A stretch of 37,755 nt of DNA from Deferribacterales bacterium (GTDB taxonomy: Bacteria > Chrysiogenota > Deferribacteres > Deferribacterales > Geovibrionaceae), in assembly GCA_050253335.1 (NCBI GenBank), contig JBFWJG010000021.1, positions 1 to 37,755 on the forward strand, given 5' to 3'. Shown here one piece after another: positions 11,644 to 21,191 of this stretch; within the stretch, counting starts at the first letter, position 1, and every line of letters starts with the position of its first letter. Under the pieces are notes generated by a model. The model made no database searches, was not told the origin of the DNA, and saw nothing but the letters and a program-made list of their open reading frames with translations. Both the position numbers and the translations under genes were made by a program.

Positions 11644-12159
11644 TTAAGCAGCCGTGTCCGCCGCGGGAGTGAAAACCCTCGTGGCAAGTTCGGCATCCAG
11701 AAGGAAAATGCCGTTTCCGTTACCCTGAACAAGCCTGAGCTTGTCTATAATCTGGTTAACGGATGATTCCTCCTCAATCTGCTCGGTAACAAACCACTGG
11801 AGAAATGCGTTTGTTCCGTGGTCTCTCTCGTCAATGGCAAGGTCAACAAGCTTGTAAATCCTTTTTGTCACTTCTCTTTCATGAACAAGGGTCTCCTCGA
11901 AGATAGAGAGAAGCGTGTCGTAATCCTTCTTAGGTTTCTTTATGGTCTCAAGCTCCACTTCGGCGCTCTGGTCGAGGATGAAGTTATAAAACTTCATGGC
12001 GTGCATCATCTCTTCCTGATACTGCACGCTGAACCAGTTTGCGAAGCCTTTGAGCCCTTTGCTTTCGCAGTGTGCGCTCATGGCAAGGTAAACATAGGCA
12101 GAATACATTTCAAAGTTAAGCTGTTCGTTCAGCGCTTTTTCCATTTTCTTGGAAATCAT
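11644..12159 (-). CDS. ftnA: Non-heme ferritin
   Basis: LNEQLNFEMYSAYVYLAM, QYQEEMMHAMK, HEREVT, FLQWFVTEQIEEE ferroxidase motifs; RBS GGAGGAG. Confidence 0.95.
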   Translation of the reverse strand: MISKKMEKALNEQLNFEMYSAYVYLAMSAHCESKGLKGFANWFSVQYQEEMMHAMKFYNFILDQSAEVELETIKKPKKDYDTLLSIFEETLVHEREVTKRIYKLVDLAIDERDHGTNAFLQWFVTEQIEEESSVNQIIDKLRLVQGNGNGIFLLDAELATRVFTPAADTAA

Positions 12160-12175
12160 GGTCTCCTCCGTTTTA

Positions 12176-13750
12176 TCAGGCGTATACCCTGAAATCTATT
12201 TCGGGAAATATACTGTTTTTTGTTTCAAGCTTTGTCAGGAAATCATAGTCGAAATCCCTGTTGTCCACAAGCTCCCTTAACCTGAGGAAGTTATGGATGT
12301 GTTCCTTTGTTCTTCTTATGGAATACTCAGTGGCGGTCTCAGTGGTCATGAGAAACGCCCAGTCGCTGCTCTGCGCCAGAAAAAGCTCTCTGGTCATCTG
12401 GTTAAGAGCGCGCTCAAGGAAGTTTTCCTTGGTTCCGCTGTGTTTTCTGGCGAGGCTCACCATTGCGTCCGCCATGAAATGCAGGTGGCGGTAAATCCAC
12501 TCGTTCCCGTTGTTAAGCCATACGTCATAATAGCCCTTGTCGCCCCATGAGGAGGGGTTCACCTCAACCATCTGGTTGGTGGGAAATTCAGCCAGATATT
12601 CCATAGGGGTCACAGCGGTGATCTCCGGATTCCGGTCTATCTCGCGGAAAACATTTGCGAGAAAATCGGGCCCCTCAAACCACCAGTGGCCGAAAAGTTC
12701 CGCGTCATAAGGAGAAACCACAAGAGGCTTTCTGTCCATTATTCCGTTGAGTTCCTTTATCTGCTTCTCCCTCTCCGCAACAAAGTGAGCGGCGTGTTCC
12801 GCCGTTTTGTTCTTTGCCGCTTCGGGTTCATAGATCTCTTTGTCCTCTCCGGTTCCGGTTATTTTATGATACTTCATGCCCGTAAAAACCCTTGTTCCGT
12901 CGGGGCTTATATAGGGCGCGATATATTCCGCGTCCAGATCGTAGCCTATGTCGCGGTAAAAATCCCTGTAGCAGGTGTCGCCCGGGTAGCCTTCCTTGCT
13001 GCTCCAGACCTGCTTTGAGGAGTAATAGTCACGCCCGAAGGCTGCCACTCCGTTTGAGGTGTACACAGGTGCGTATACTCCGTAACGGGGTCTGGGTCTG
13101 GAGTAGAGCACTCCGTGCGTATCAACGAAAAAGTATTTTATGCCGTAATCGGAAAGAATTTTCTCAAGCCCTGCGTAATAAGCGCACTCAGGTAGCCATA
13201 TCCCTTTCGGGGGGGTTCCGAATTTTTTCTCATGGCTTTTCACCGCAAGCTCAATCTGCGCCCGCACGGCATTGTCGCCGTTCATCAGAGGCAGAAAACC
13301 GTGGGTAAACCCGCAGGTGATTATCTCAAGGCTTCCCTTGTTCATGAAATATTTATAGCCGTTCAGCACATTCTTGCCGAGAAAGCCGTGATAAAACTCC
13401 TTCAGGCGCTCGAAGCGCTCAAGGTACATCCAAGCCACACGGTTCTGCGCGCGGTCATGGACGGTTCTCTCCTTCTCTTTGTTCGCAAGCTCTATGAGCC
13501 TGTCCAGATATTTCTCGAACCTCTGCATAAGCATAGTGTCCGAAAGCATATCAGCCAGAGGCGGAGTCACCGAAACAGTAACACGGAAGGGAACGCCTTC
13601 CTCCTCAAGCTTTCTCATGTTCATCAGAAGAGGCAGATATGTTTCGCTTATCGCCTCGTACAGCCAGTGCTCTTCCAGAAAATAGTCAAATTCAGGATGC
13701 TTCACAAAGGGAAGGTGCGAGTGAAGAACCAACATCCAGCAGCCGGACAT
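12176..13750 (-). CDS. GH57 1,4-alpha-glucan branching enzyme (DUF1957 C-terminus)
   Basis: LVLHSHLPFV, nucleophile motif WLPECAY, acid/base motif PYDAELFGHWWFEG, AQSSDWAF. Confidence 0.9.
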   Translation of the reverse strand: MSGCWMLVLHSHLPFVKHPEFDYFLEEHWLYEAISETYLPLLMNMRKLEEEGVPFRVTVSVTPPLADMLSDTMLMQRFEKYLDRLIELANKEKERTVHDRAQNRVAWMYLERFERLKEFYHGFLGKNVLNGYKYFMNKGSLEIITCGFTHGFLPLMNGDNAVRAQIELAVKSHEKKFGTPPKGIWLPECAYYAGLEKILSDYGIKYFFVDTHGVLYSRPRPRYGVYAPVYTSNGVAAFGRDYYSSKQVWSSKEGYPGDTCYRDFYRDIGYDLDAEYIAPYISPDGTRVFTGMKYHKITGTGEDKEIYEPEAAKNKTAEHAAHFVAEREKQIKELNGIMDRKPLVVSPYDAELFGHWWFEGPDFLANVFREIDRNPEITAVTPMEYLAEFPTNQMVEVNPSSWGDKGYYDVWLNNGNEWIYRHLHFMADAMVSLARKHSGTKENFLERALNQMTRELFLAQSSDWAFLMTTETATEYSIRRTKEHIHNFLRLRELVDNRDFDYDFLTKLETKNSIFPEIDFRVYA

Positions 13751-14484
13751 TATCTTCCCTCTCTTTTTGCTGTTTCGCCGGAGGATACTGATTTCTCAAT
13801 AAATCTCATAGCCTCCTGAAATATACGGACGCTTCCCGGAACAGACGAGTCAAGCTCGTTCACACCGGAAAGACGGTATATATCCTCAATTTTTTCCCCA
13901 ACGGTCATCCACGTTTCCTCATCAATAATTTCACTTATTTTATCAGAGGGCATACGCACCCTGCGCGACTGCGCAACGGCAAAGTAATTGCCCTTATTGT
14001 CCAGCAGCCCTATTTCGGCCCAGATCAACCTGTCCGGCACATAAAGGTCGAAAAACCAGTTGCCGTATCTGCCCACACGGACACTTGCAAGCTCATCCGC
14101 ATTTTCCTCTCCGTTTCCGCCGTAAATTTTCAGAACGAAGGATACTTCGGGGCTTGAATGTTCCGACCGGAAGCGGTTCACTGTGCTGTCCGCCACTTCC
14201 CAGTAGACATATTCCTTTCTGGGATTTATGGGAAGCAGAACCGCAGTGTCTATCTGATACCTGTTAGGTATCGGATATTCGGCAGGGCGCACCTTCTCAG
14301 GCATGGCGTGAGCCGCCTCAGCCTTGTGCAGCTCTGTGCTGGAATAAGCCTGCCGTGCCGGCATGGCCGAAGCCAGAGCTTCCGCCAGTTCTTCCTTGGT
14401 CATTTTAGACCTGTTTTCAACATTAAGCTCAACAGCAAGTCTGTAGAGCTCCTTTTTTGTCATTTCAGAGAGATTCATGTTCAT
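13750..14484 (-). CDS. Rho-N-like domain + DUF4912 protein (start 14484 or 14478)
   Basis: N-terminus LSEMTKKELYRLAVELNVENRSKMTKEELAEAL (Rho_N-like), then YPIPNRY...LLPINP...YVYWEV...WFF...AEIG (DUF4912). ATGA overlap with the glgA stop. Confidence 0.8.
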   Translation of the reverse strand: MNMNLSEMTKKELYRLAVELNVENRSKMTKEELAEALASAMPARQAYSSTELHKAEAAHAMPEKVRPAEYPIPNRYQIDTAVLLPINPRKEYVYWEVADSTVNRFRSEHSSPEVSFVLKIYGGNGEENADELASVRVGRYGNWFFDLYVPDRLIWAEIGLLDNKGNYFAVAQSRRVRMPSDKISEIIDEETWMTVGEKIEDIYRLSGVNELDSSVPGSVRIFQEAMRFIEKSVSSGETAKREGR

Positions 14485-15893
14485 CCTCCGTCCGGTGACC
14501 GGTAAATCTCGAGGTACTGTGCCGCCGCTCTCTCCCATGAAAAATCAGCGCAACATGAGGATTTCATAACCTTCTGCGTTAAATCGCCCGTGCTGTACAG
14601 TTTTATTGCTTCATCAACTTTGGATATAAGTTCCGCCACTGTGTATTCCTTCATAACCAGCGCACATCCGTTCTCCGCAAAATGCTTCACAGTGTCCTCC
14701 GCCCCGCCCGCAGGGTTGACGAGGGGCACTGCGCCGTATCTCGTTCCTATGAGGTGGGATGAACCGAAAGGTTCATACACGGACGGAGCCAGTATGAAAT
14801 CCGCCGCGGCAAAAAGCCTGTGCGCCAGTGCATGGTCATATTTCGTGTGTATGAAAAAGTTGCCGAAGCAGTCCGCCAGCTTCTTGATAATACGCACGTA
14901 CATTTTATCGCCGTGGCCGAGTATGAAAAAATCGGCCTCTTTCTGCGCCAGATCCGGTGCCGCGTCCAGCACAAGCTCCAGACCTTTTCTGTTGTTCATG
15001 CGGCCTATCATTACAAAAAGCGGTCTGTCCGGATTTATGCCGAAATCCTTTGCCAGATCCTTCTTGCAATCTTTCTTCCAGTTTTTCCCGCTGCCGATTC
15101 CGCATGAAACATAGCAGTCTTCGCCGGGATTCCATACATTATAATCTATACCGTTGAGAATTCCTTTCAACTTGTATGAATATTTTGTCATAACTCCTTC
15201 CATCCCTCCGGCAAAACCTTCGGTCTGGATGTCCCGCGCGTACGCGGGGCTGACGGTGGTTATGAAATCGGAGTAAACTATCCCCGCCTTGAGGAAGCTT
15301 ATCTGTCCGTAAAACTCTATTCCCTCAATGTCATACACTTCCCACGGAAGGTTCAGTTCCTCCAGATCCATCCTCTGGAAAAGACCCTGACACTGGACAT
15401 CGTGCACCGTGAAAACCGTTTTCCACTTCATATCCCTGAAAAGCAGGGAGTTATAAAGGGGCACAAGTCCCGCCTGCCAGTCGTGGCAGTGGATAACATC
15501 CGGCGAGGCGCAGCCCCCCGCAAAGTAAAACAGACATGCCTGCGAAAACACCGCATACCTGAGATCATTGTCGGAATAGTCAAAGTCGCCGGAGCCGTAT
15601 ATGCCGCCTCTGCTGAAAAGCTCGGAATTAGCAAAAAACAGATACTCCACACCTGAAACATCCGCCGAGTGAACGGCGAACTCATATTCCCTCTCTCCTG
15701 CGCTTACGTTTATCCTGATCCCCGTGTCCGCTATCTCACCCGCACTTCTGTCTGTGAGAAGGTAAAGAGGAACGCAGATCCGCACTGTGTGTCCGTCTGC
15801 CGCCTGAGCGGAGGCAAGCTTCTCCACGAAGGTTCCCAGACCGCCTGTCTGAACAAAGGGGGCGGCTTCGCCGGTTACATGCGCTATGTTCAT
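14481..15893 (-). CDS. glgA: Glycogen/starch synthase (GT5)
   Basis: E.APF.QTGGLG, IHCHDWQAG, TVSP.YA, GILNGID, GR....KG, PS.YEPFG. Start trimmed to MNIAHV (15893), overlapping the galT stop. Confidence 0.9.
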   Translation of the reverse strand: MNIAHVTGEAAPFVQTGGLGTFVEKLASAQAADGHTVRICVPLYLLTDRSAGEIADTGIRINVSAGEREYEFAVHSADVSGVEYLFFANSELFSRGGIYGSGDFDYSDNDLRYAVFSQACLFYFAGGCASPDVIHCHDWQAGLVPLYNSLLFRDMKWKTVFTVHDVQCQGLFQRMDLEELNLPWEVYDIEGIEFYGQISFLKAGIVYSDFITTVSPAYARDIQTEGFAGGMEGVMTKYSYKLKGILNGIDYNVWNPGEDCYVSCGIGSGKNWKKDCKKDLAKDFGINPDRPLFVMIGRMNNRKGLELVLDAAPDLAQKEADFFILGHGDKMYVRIIKKLADCFGNFFIHTKYDHALAHRLFAAADFILAPSVYEPFGSSHLIGTRYGAVPLVNPAGGAEDTVKHFAENGCALVMKEYTVAELISKVDEAIKLYSTGDLTQKVMKSSCCADFSWERAAAQYLEIYRSPDGG

Positions 15894-16933
15894 ACGCCCC
15901 CCGCCTGTCTGAGGTATTCCGCCGCCTCTTCGGGACGGACGGGATTGATGTGAAAACCCGTGCCCCACTCGAAGCCGGCGTAGCCTGTGAGTCTGGGCGC
16001 TATCTCTATATGCCAGTGATAGTCAAGCTTGATGCTGTGCCAGAAATCCGGCTTGCCCGGGCGGTAGTTCAGCGGGGGCGAGGTATGTATAACCATATTC
16101 AGCGGCGGGTCTTCCAGAACCCTGTCCAGCCTGTGAAAAATCTCCGTTATCATGTCAGCGAGGCTGGTCAGCCCGCTTTCTGAGATAACCGCGAAGCTGT
16201 GCCCGTGCTGTCTGGGGTAGATGGACAGCTCAAACGGAAAGCTTGAGGCATAGGGGCAGAAGGCGATGAAATCCTGATTTTCATAAACTATGCGGCTGTT
16301 GTCCTTGTGCTCCTGCTCAAGTATGTCACAGAAGATGCAGCGCTCTTTCCGCCTGTAGTGCTCCTTTGCGCTTTTCAGTTTGGTCTTCAGAATGTTCGGC
16401 ACAACAGGAAGCGCTATCACCTGCGAGTGCGGATGGGTGATGTTGGTTCCGAAGCCGAGGCCGTAGTTTTTAAAAGGCATTATGTAGCGGAACCTTGTAT
16501 CATTTGAGAGATCCCGCACCCTTTCCCTGAATGAGTAAAACAGGTTGTAAACGGTCATCCTGTCGTAGGTTTTAAGGCGCATGGAATGCACGGGGGTGTC
16601 GATTATAACCTCGTGAGCGCCTATCCCCGTCACTGTGTCGTATATGCCGCTGCCGCTCCTTTTAAGCTCACCCTCTATGCCGAAGGCGGGGTACTTGTTG
16701 GGGACGACACGGGTAAGCCAGTTGGCATCGTTCTTTTTGCCGAATGAGCGCATGGCGAAGATCTCGTGCGGGGTGTGAACCTCATTTCCATAGCAGAACG
16801 GGCAGTTAATCTGTGCTTTTTCACCATGGGAATAGTCCTGACGCTCCACAAGGAAATCGTGGGGTCTGCGGCTTCGTTCGGTGGCGATTACGCTCCATTT
16901 CTGTTTTACGGGGTCAAACCTGAGTTCCGACAT
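15890..16933 (-). CDS. galT: GalT-family (HIT superfamily) hexose-1-phosphate nucleotidyltransferase, possibly ADP-glucose phosphorylase-like
   Basis: MSELRFDP...W.VIA.ER.RRP, CPFC.GNE, RVVPNKYPA, HEVII, HPHSQ catalytic motif, YHWHIEI.PR, AGFEWGTG. Confidence 0.88.
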   Translation of the reverse strand: MSELRFDPVKQKWSVIATERSRRPHDFLVERQDYSHGEKAQINCPFCYGNEVHTPHEIFAMRSFGKKNDANWLTRVVPNKYPAFGIEGELKRSGSGIYDTVTGIGAHEVIIDTPVHSMRLKTYDRMTVYNLFYSFRERVRDLSNDTRFRYIMPFKNYGLGFGTNITHPHSQVIALPVVPNILKTKLKSAKEHYRRKERCIFCDILEQEHKDNSRIVYENQDFIAFCPYASSFPFELSIYPRQHGHSFAVISESGLTSLADMITEIFHRLDRVLEDPPLNMVIHTSPPLNYRPGKPDFWHSIKLDYHWHIEIAPRLTGYAGFEWGTGFHINPVRPEEAAEYLRQAGGV

Positions 16934-16968
16934 TGTGCTCCCTTTTATTGTTAAACCGTATGAATATA

Positions 16969-16997
16969 ATAATATACCTGTGCTTCCGGGCGATCAA
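16969..16997 (-). promoter_or_regulatory. Putative internal sigma70 promoter for galT-glgA-DUF4912-GH57-ferritin
   Basis: Minus strand TTGATC-N17-TATTAT in the 68-bp gap upstream of galT. Confidence 0.5.
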
Positions 16998-17001
16998 CCG
17001 A

Positions 17002-19017
17002 TCATTCCGCCCTGAGGCTTCCCGAAAAAACCGCCCTGCCCTTAAACCGTACGGGGATAAACAGGGAAACTCCCTGCGCGGTGAGATCCACGCCCTTCTC
17101 CGACTGGGAAACAGTGGAAAAAATATTCGAAGCGGCGCTTCCCGCATCAGTCTCAAGGGTTATCCTGCCCGTGATTCCGTCGGTTATTTCGAATGAACCG
17201 CCCTTATGGCACATGCCGCACTCCCCGCCGTTCACAGTGATATTCGTCATGTCCCAGAGGTGGAAGTTCATCTCGCAGACATAAGTCAGCTCCGCCGGAC
17301 AGTCCGTCACAAGCTCCGTCTCAAACTTCACGGATTCACCCGTGAAGCTGTATCTCTTTATTATCTCCGCGCTGTACGTCACACCGCTGTGGTATATGCC
17401 GCCTTTGCGCCTAAACGTGAGAGAATCCGCCTCAGCAGTCATCTCCGCAGGCTGGTTTGTAAAGTCCGAAAGCTCCGCGAAGGAGCATGAGGCAAACTTC
17501 TCAGCCTCGAATTCAGACACTACGTGATCTATGAACGAGTTTTTGTTGTACCAGTCATAAACAAGCATGGCCTTCATCTCGTCCGTTATTTCCACATTGA
17601 GATCATGTATGGTGGATATTCCGCTTTTTTGTTCGTCCTCGTTTTTTTCTTTCAGAAGCATGGCGTGGTACGCCTCTTTTCTTCTGGATATTGTATTGAT
17701 AAGGTTAACGTTGTTGCGTTTAAGCTCAAGGGTGGTCATCTGCCCGCAATCCCTTGAGGTGAAGCTGGCGTTAAATACGCTCATGCGGACATAGGCATCG
17801 TCATAGCCGTCATAATCCAGATCAGCGGTCTCCACCAGGGGAAGATTTTCCGCAAGGCGCTCATACTCCTTCTCCGCCTCGATTATGAAGCTCCATGAGT
17901 TGTTGCGCAGGTTCGGCAGATAAAGCCCGCCGAATATGCCGTGCCACAGGGCATCATTGCACTGCGCCTTGTAAAGAGCCTCAGTCAGCGCTTCGTCCTG
18001 CATTTCTGCCGCATAGGCGCTTAGCCTCAGGGCGCGTTTATGGATACGGTTGCTCTCGGGGTACTTGGCAAAGAAATTTTTCCATATGCCCCCCTTAACG
18101 AAAACCTCCGCAGCTTCTTCCTGCCCCTCTTCTTTGAGGTGTTCCTGAAGCTTCTCCATCTCCTCTATCCTGCCCGCAAAGAGCGACCATTCGCCCATCT
18201 CGTGATATGAGGTTATGGGCAGATAAGCAAGCCCCGCGGGCTTTACCCTGTCTGCCGTTTCGCCGAAAAACGCGAACTCGCATTTGTCTGATGAGATAAC
18301 CGCATCAAGGAACCTTTCCAGCCACCCCTCATCATACACCCATTCATAGGTATGCGGCCACACGCCGAACTTCTCGCCGTCATCGAATATCACGGAGCAT
18401 TTTCCTCCGCTGTCAGCGGTTTTTGCCAGATATTCCACTATCGCCGACTCCTCCTTAAAAGGAATGAGGTAGCGCAGGTTTTTATCTATGGGAAAAATAT
18501 TTACCCGCTTTCCGTCCTGCTCGGTCACATAGTAGCCGTTCAGCATCTCTTTATAATATCCTGCGGAAATGAAGTGATAGTCATCCACAATCATGTTCCG
18601 CACGCCGACTTCCGTGACATCCGTTATGATCGCAGGATCCCAGACACGCTCGGTGAGCCACAATCCGTCCGGCATCTGGCCGAAGTGATTGTTAATGTAG
18701 CTGCTGAGCTTCTCTATCTGCCCCCTTCTGTCGCCGGAAGGAATGGCGGAAAGCACGGGTTCGTAATATCCGCCGGTGAAAAACTCTATCTGGTTATTAT
18801 CCGCCAGCTTCTTCATACTGCCGAAAACATCTCTGTGATTCTGCCTGATGTAGTCAAGGAGCCAGCCGCTGTAATGAACCGCGAAGCGGAACTTGGGATA
18901 AAGCAGCGCCGCCTCCATAAAAGGCGCATAGCAGCGCTCCACAGCCTCGTCCACAACATGGCTGAAATTCCCCACCGGCTGGTGGCAGTGTATTCCGAAA
19001 AGAAACGGCATTCTCAT
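17002..19017 (-). CDS. GH57 4-alpha-glucanotransferase / alpha-amylase (DUF1925/DUF1926 type)
   Basis: HCHQPVGNF, nucleophile WLTERVW, acid/base FDDGEKFGVW, QCNDALWHGIFGGLYLP.LR. Start trimmed to MRMPF (19017). Confidence 0.9.
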   Translation of the reverse strand: MRMPFLFGIHCHQPVGNFSHVVDEAVERCYAPFMEAALLYPKFRFAVHYSGWLLDYIRQNHRDVFGSMKKLADNNQIEFFTGGYYEPVLSAIPSGDRRGQIEKLSSYINNHFGQMPDGLWLTERVWDPAIITDVTEVGVRNMIVDDYHFISAGYYKEMLNGYYVTEQDGKRVNIFPIDKNLRYLIPFKEESAIVEYLAKTADSGGKCSVIFDDGEKFGVWPHTYEWVYDEGWLERFLDAVISSDKCEFAFFGETADRVKPAGLAYLPITSYHEMGEWSLFAGRIEEMEKLQEHLKEEGQEEAAEVFVKGGIWKNFFAKYPESNRIHKRALRLSAYAAEMQDEALTEALYKAQCNDALWHGIFGGLYLPNLRNNSWSFIIEAEKEYERLAENLPLVETADLDYDGYDDAYVRMSVFNASFTSRDCGQMTTLELKRNNVNLINTISRRKEAYHAMLLKEKNEDEQKSGISTIHDLNVEITDEMKAMLVYDWYNKNSFIDHVVSEFEAEKFASCSFAELSDFTNQPAEMTAEADSLTFRRKGGIYHSGVTYSAEIIKRYSFTGESVKFETELVTDCPAELTYVCEMNFHLWDMTNITVNGGECGMCHKGGSFEITDGITGRITLETDAGSAASNIFSTVSQSEKGVDLTAQGVSLFIPVRFKGRAVFSGSLRAE

Positions 19018-19089
19018 AATTATTCTTCCTGTTTGTTTATGATGCACATGCGGAGCGGACTAAAACTTTTAACCCGCTTCGCAAGATAT

Positions 19090-21189
19090 TTATACTATCC
19101 AGTCGTCACTGAAGTTATCAGAGAGATCGACCTCGACCATGTTATACTGCGGTGCGCGTTCCACCGCCTCGCCGTCTTTAAACAGGCGGAATATTATATA
19201 AAGCCTTCCGCTGTTGTCGGGCAGGTTTCTGTGCGGCAGGGCAATTTCCGCTATGCGGTTTATGCCCCATTTTATGCCGCCGCCGTTTTCGCCTCTGCCT
19301 GTTTTCAGGGGGATGCGGAACTTGGCAGGGCTGCTCCCCGTCACTTCCGTTTCTATCTCATAGCCTTTGTCCATGGCTCCGTTGAAGGCGCCTTCAATAC
19401 GCAGATACAGATTTTCCGCGTCATACCCGAAGAAAAGCCTGCGTAGCACATTTGACGAGGCGTGCATAGCCCCTGAGTCAAACTTGAGGTCAAACTCCCC
19501 AGCGCTGAGCCATTCGAAGAAGCTTGTCACCTCGCCGTCCGGAACGGCAGTGAGAAAATACTTCGGTTTTCTTATAAGCCCCGATTTGTAGGAACGTTTT
19601 ATGGGGATATAAAGCTCCTGCGGTATGCCGGTTCCGAGGATCCTGTACGCATTGATCAGATACCCTCTGAAAAGCTTGTCAAACACATCCGCCTGAAGGC
19701 TGAAATGGTCATCGCCGAACCACCAGAACCAGTCGCTCCCTTCGGCTATGCGTATCTCGTTCATGGCTTTTTCTTTCTTATCCGCATCCAGAGCCTTGTC
19801 CACAGCCTGTCTTGCGGCGTTGAGCAGTCTCCATGCCTCGTTCTTTTCCCTGTGGCCGAGCCATGTGGTAAAATTGCCGTATATCCATGAGCCTGCACGG
19901 ATTTTATCCAGCTCCTCCTGCGGCACATCCGCAAGTTCCGCAGCCTCTGACATGGTTACTGTGTTTATCCATTTTTCACGCCCGATCCGCTCATAGAGGG
20001 CACGGAAGAACTTATCCCCGTTTTCGGGGTAGTATTCCCACGCATTTTCCCCGTCCAGAATGACGGGAACGATGCAGGATTCATCCACTGAATCGTATAT
20101 AACTTTAAGCTTCGCCACAAAGTCGTCCGCGGCTTTTTCCGCGTCCATCCCGCTGTAGGTGAAGCCGATCAGATCGCTTAATATTTTGTCACGGAAGAAT
20201 ATATTTATCTTCCCGCTTGCTGTTTTATAATAATGTCTGCGGTAGAGCTTTTTCCTCTCCGCCGAAACGGAGAAATTCAGACCTGATGAACCCGCCAGAA
20301 CATCCTCGTCACTGGCTATCCATTTTACTCCGTTAGCGGAAAATAGCTCCGCCGCCCGCCCGCTTATGCTCCCTTCCGCCGGCCACATGCCGGAAGGCCT
20401 GCTGCCGAAAATATCTTCATAATATTTCACAGCCGCTTCCACATGCCACTGAGGGTCACGCCCGAAATCGCCGAAGGCGGCGGGCATGGGTATCTCCGGC
20501 AGGGCTTCCTTGGCGGAATCCAGATCCAGAAGCAGGGGCAGAATAGGATGATAAAACGGAGTGGCGGAAACCTCTATGCTCCCCGCATCCTGCAGTTCCC
20601 TGTAAAGCGGGATGATCCGCTTTACCGCTCCGCACAGGGTTTCCATCAGGCTGATTTTATCCTCCTGAGTGAAGCCTTTCCCCTTTGCGATGAGGCTTTC
20701 AATGAGCGGGTATTCCCTGCGGAAGAAGTTCCCTGTCCAGCTGAGCAGGTAAAGCACCTGCAAATCCAGTATCTCCGCATCGCTGAACAACCTTTCCGTG
20801 TTCTCAAACATGCCGCTGCGGCTGTTTTTGCTGTAAAGCTCCGCATACCTTCTGAAAGGGGCGATCATGTTTGCGAAGTTCGCCATGAAAAGCTGGGGCA
20901 CAAGCCCGCACCTCTCCTCCGATGTGAGTTCGGAGGGTTTTTTCAGCATGGTTCTGAAAAAAAGGTCATCCACATTTATATTTTCATAATCCTTGAGCTG
21001 GACAAGAAGAGAGGGGACAAGGTTGAATGTCTGCCTTATCCCCTTATATTCTTTCAGGTAGGCGGGAATCTCGTAGTAATCCTTCACGGCGTGCAGGAAC
21101 ACCCACGGCATGTGGTATGTTCCGTCCTGCCCGTCCTTGTAGAAGGGCTGGTGCATATGCCATAAAAAAGCGAGATTCAGCTTCTTCAT
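19090..21189 (-). CDS. GH57 amylopullulanase-type glycoside hydrolase
   Basis: FLWHMHQPFY, PFYHPILPLL, nucleophile WPAEGS, acid/base ILDGENAWEYY, AEGSDWFWW. Start trimmed to MKKLNL (21189). Confidence 0.9.
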   Translation of the reverse strand: MKKLNLAFLWHMHQPFYKDGQDGTYHMPWVFLHAVKDYYEIPAYLKEYKGIRQTFNLVPSLLVQLKDYENINVDDLFFRTMLKKPSELTSEERCGLVPQLFMANFANMIAPFRRYAELYSKNSRSGMFENTERLFSDAEILDLQVLYLLSWTGNFFRREYPLIESLIAKGKGFTQEDKISLMETLCGAVKRIIPLYRELQDAGSIEVSATPFYHPILPLLLDLDSAKEALPEIPMPAAFGDFGRDPQWHVEAAVKYYEDIFGSRPSGMWPAEGSISGRAAELFSANGVKWIASDEDVLAGSSGLNFSVSAERKKLYRRHYYKTASGKINIFFRDKILSDLIGFTYSGMDAEKAADDFVAKLKVIYDSVDESCIVPVILDGENAWEYYPENGDKFFRALYERIGREKWINTVTMSEAAELADVPQEELDKIRAGSWIYGNFTTWLGHREKNEAWRLLNAARQAVDKALDADKKEKAMNEIRIAEGSDWFWWFGDDHFSLQADVFDKLFRGYLINAYRILGTGIPQELYIPIKRSYKSGLIRKPKYFLTAVPDGEVTSFFEWLSAGEFDLKFDSGAMHASSNVLRRLFFGYDAENLYLRIEGAFNGAMDKGYEIETEVTGSSPAKFRIPLKTGRGENGGGIKWGINRIAEIALPHRNLPDNSGRLYIIFRLFKDGEAVERAPQYNMVEVDLSDNFSDDWIV

Positions 21190-21191
21190 AC

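Noticed and set aside
19049..19083. Hairpin between the two large GH57 genes
   Set aside because: Imperfect stem with no U tail on the coding strand; at most an mRNA stability element, and not supportable as a terminator.
18352..21165. Long antisense ORFs 18352-19446 (364 aa) and 20443-21165 (240 aa)
   Set aside because: They lie opposite well-supported GH57 genes and have no motifs; typical antisense shadows from codon bias.
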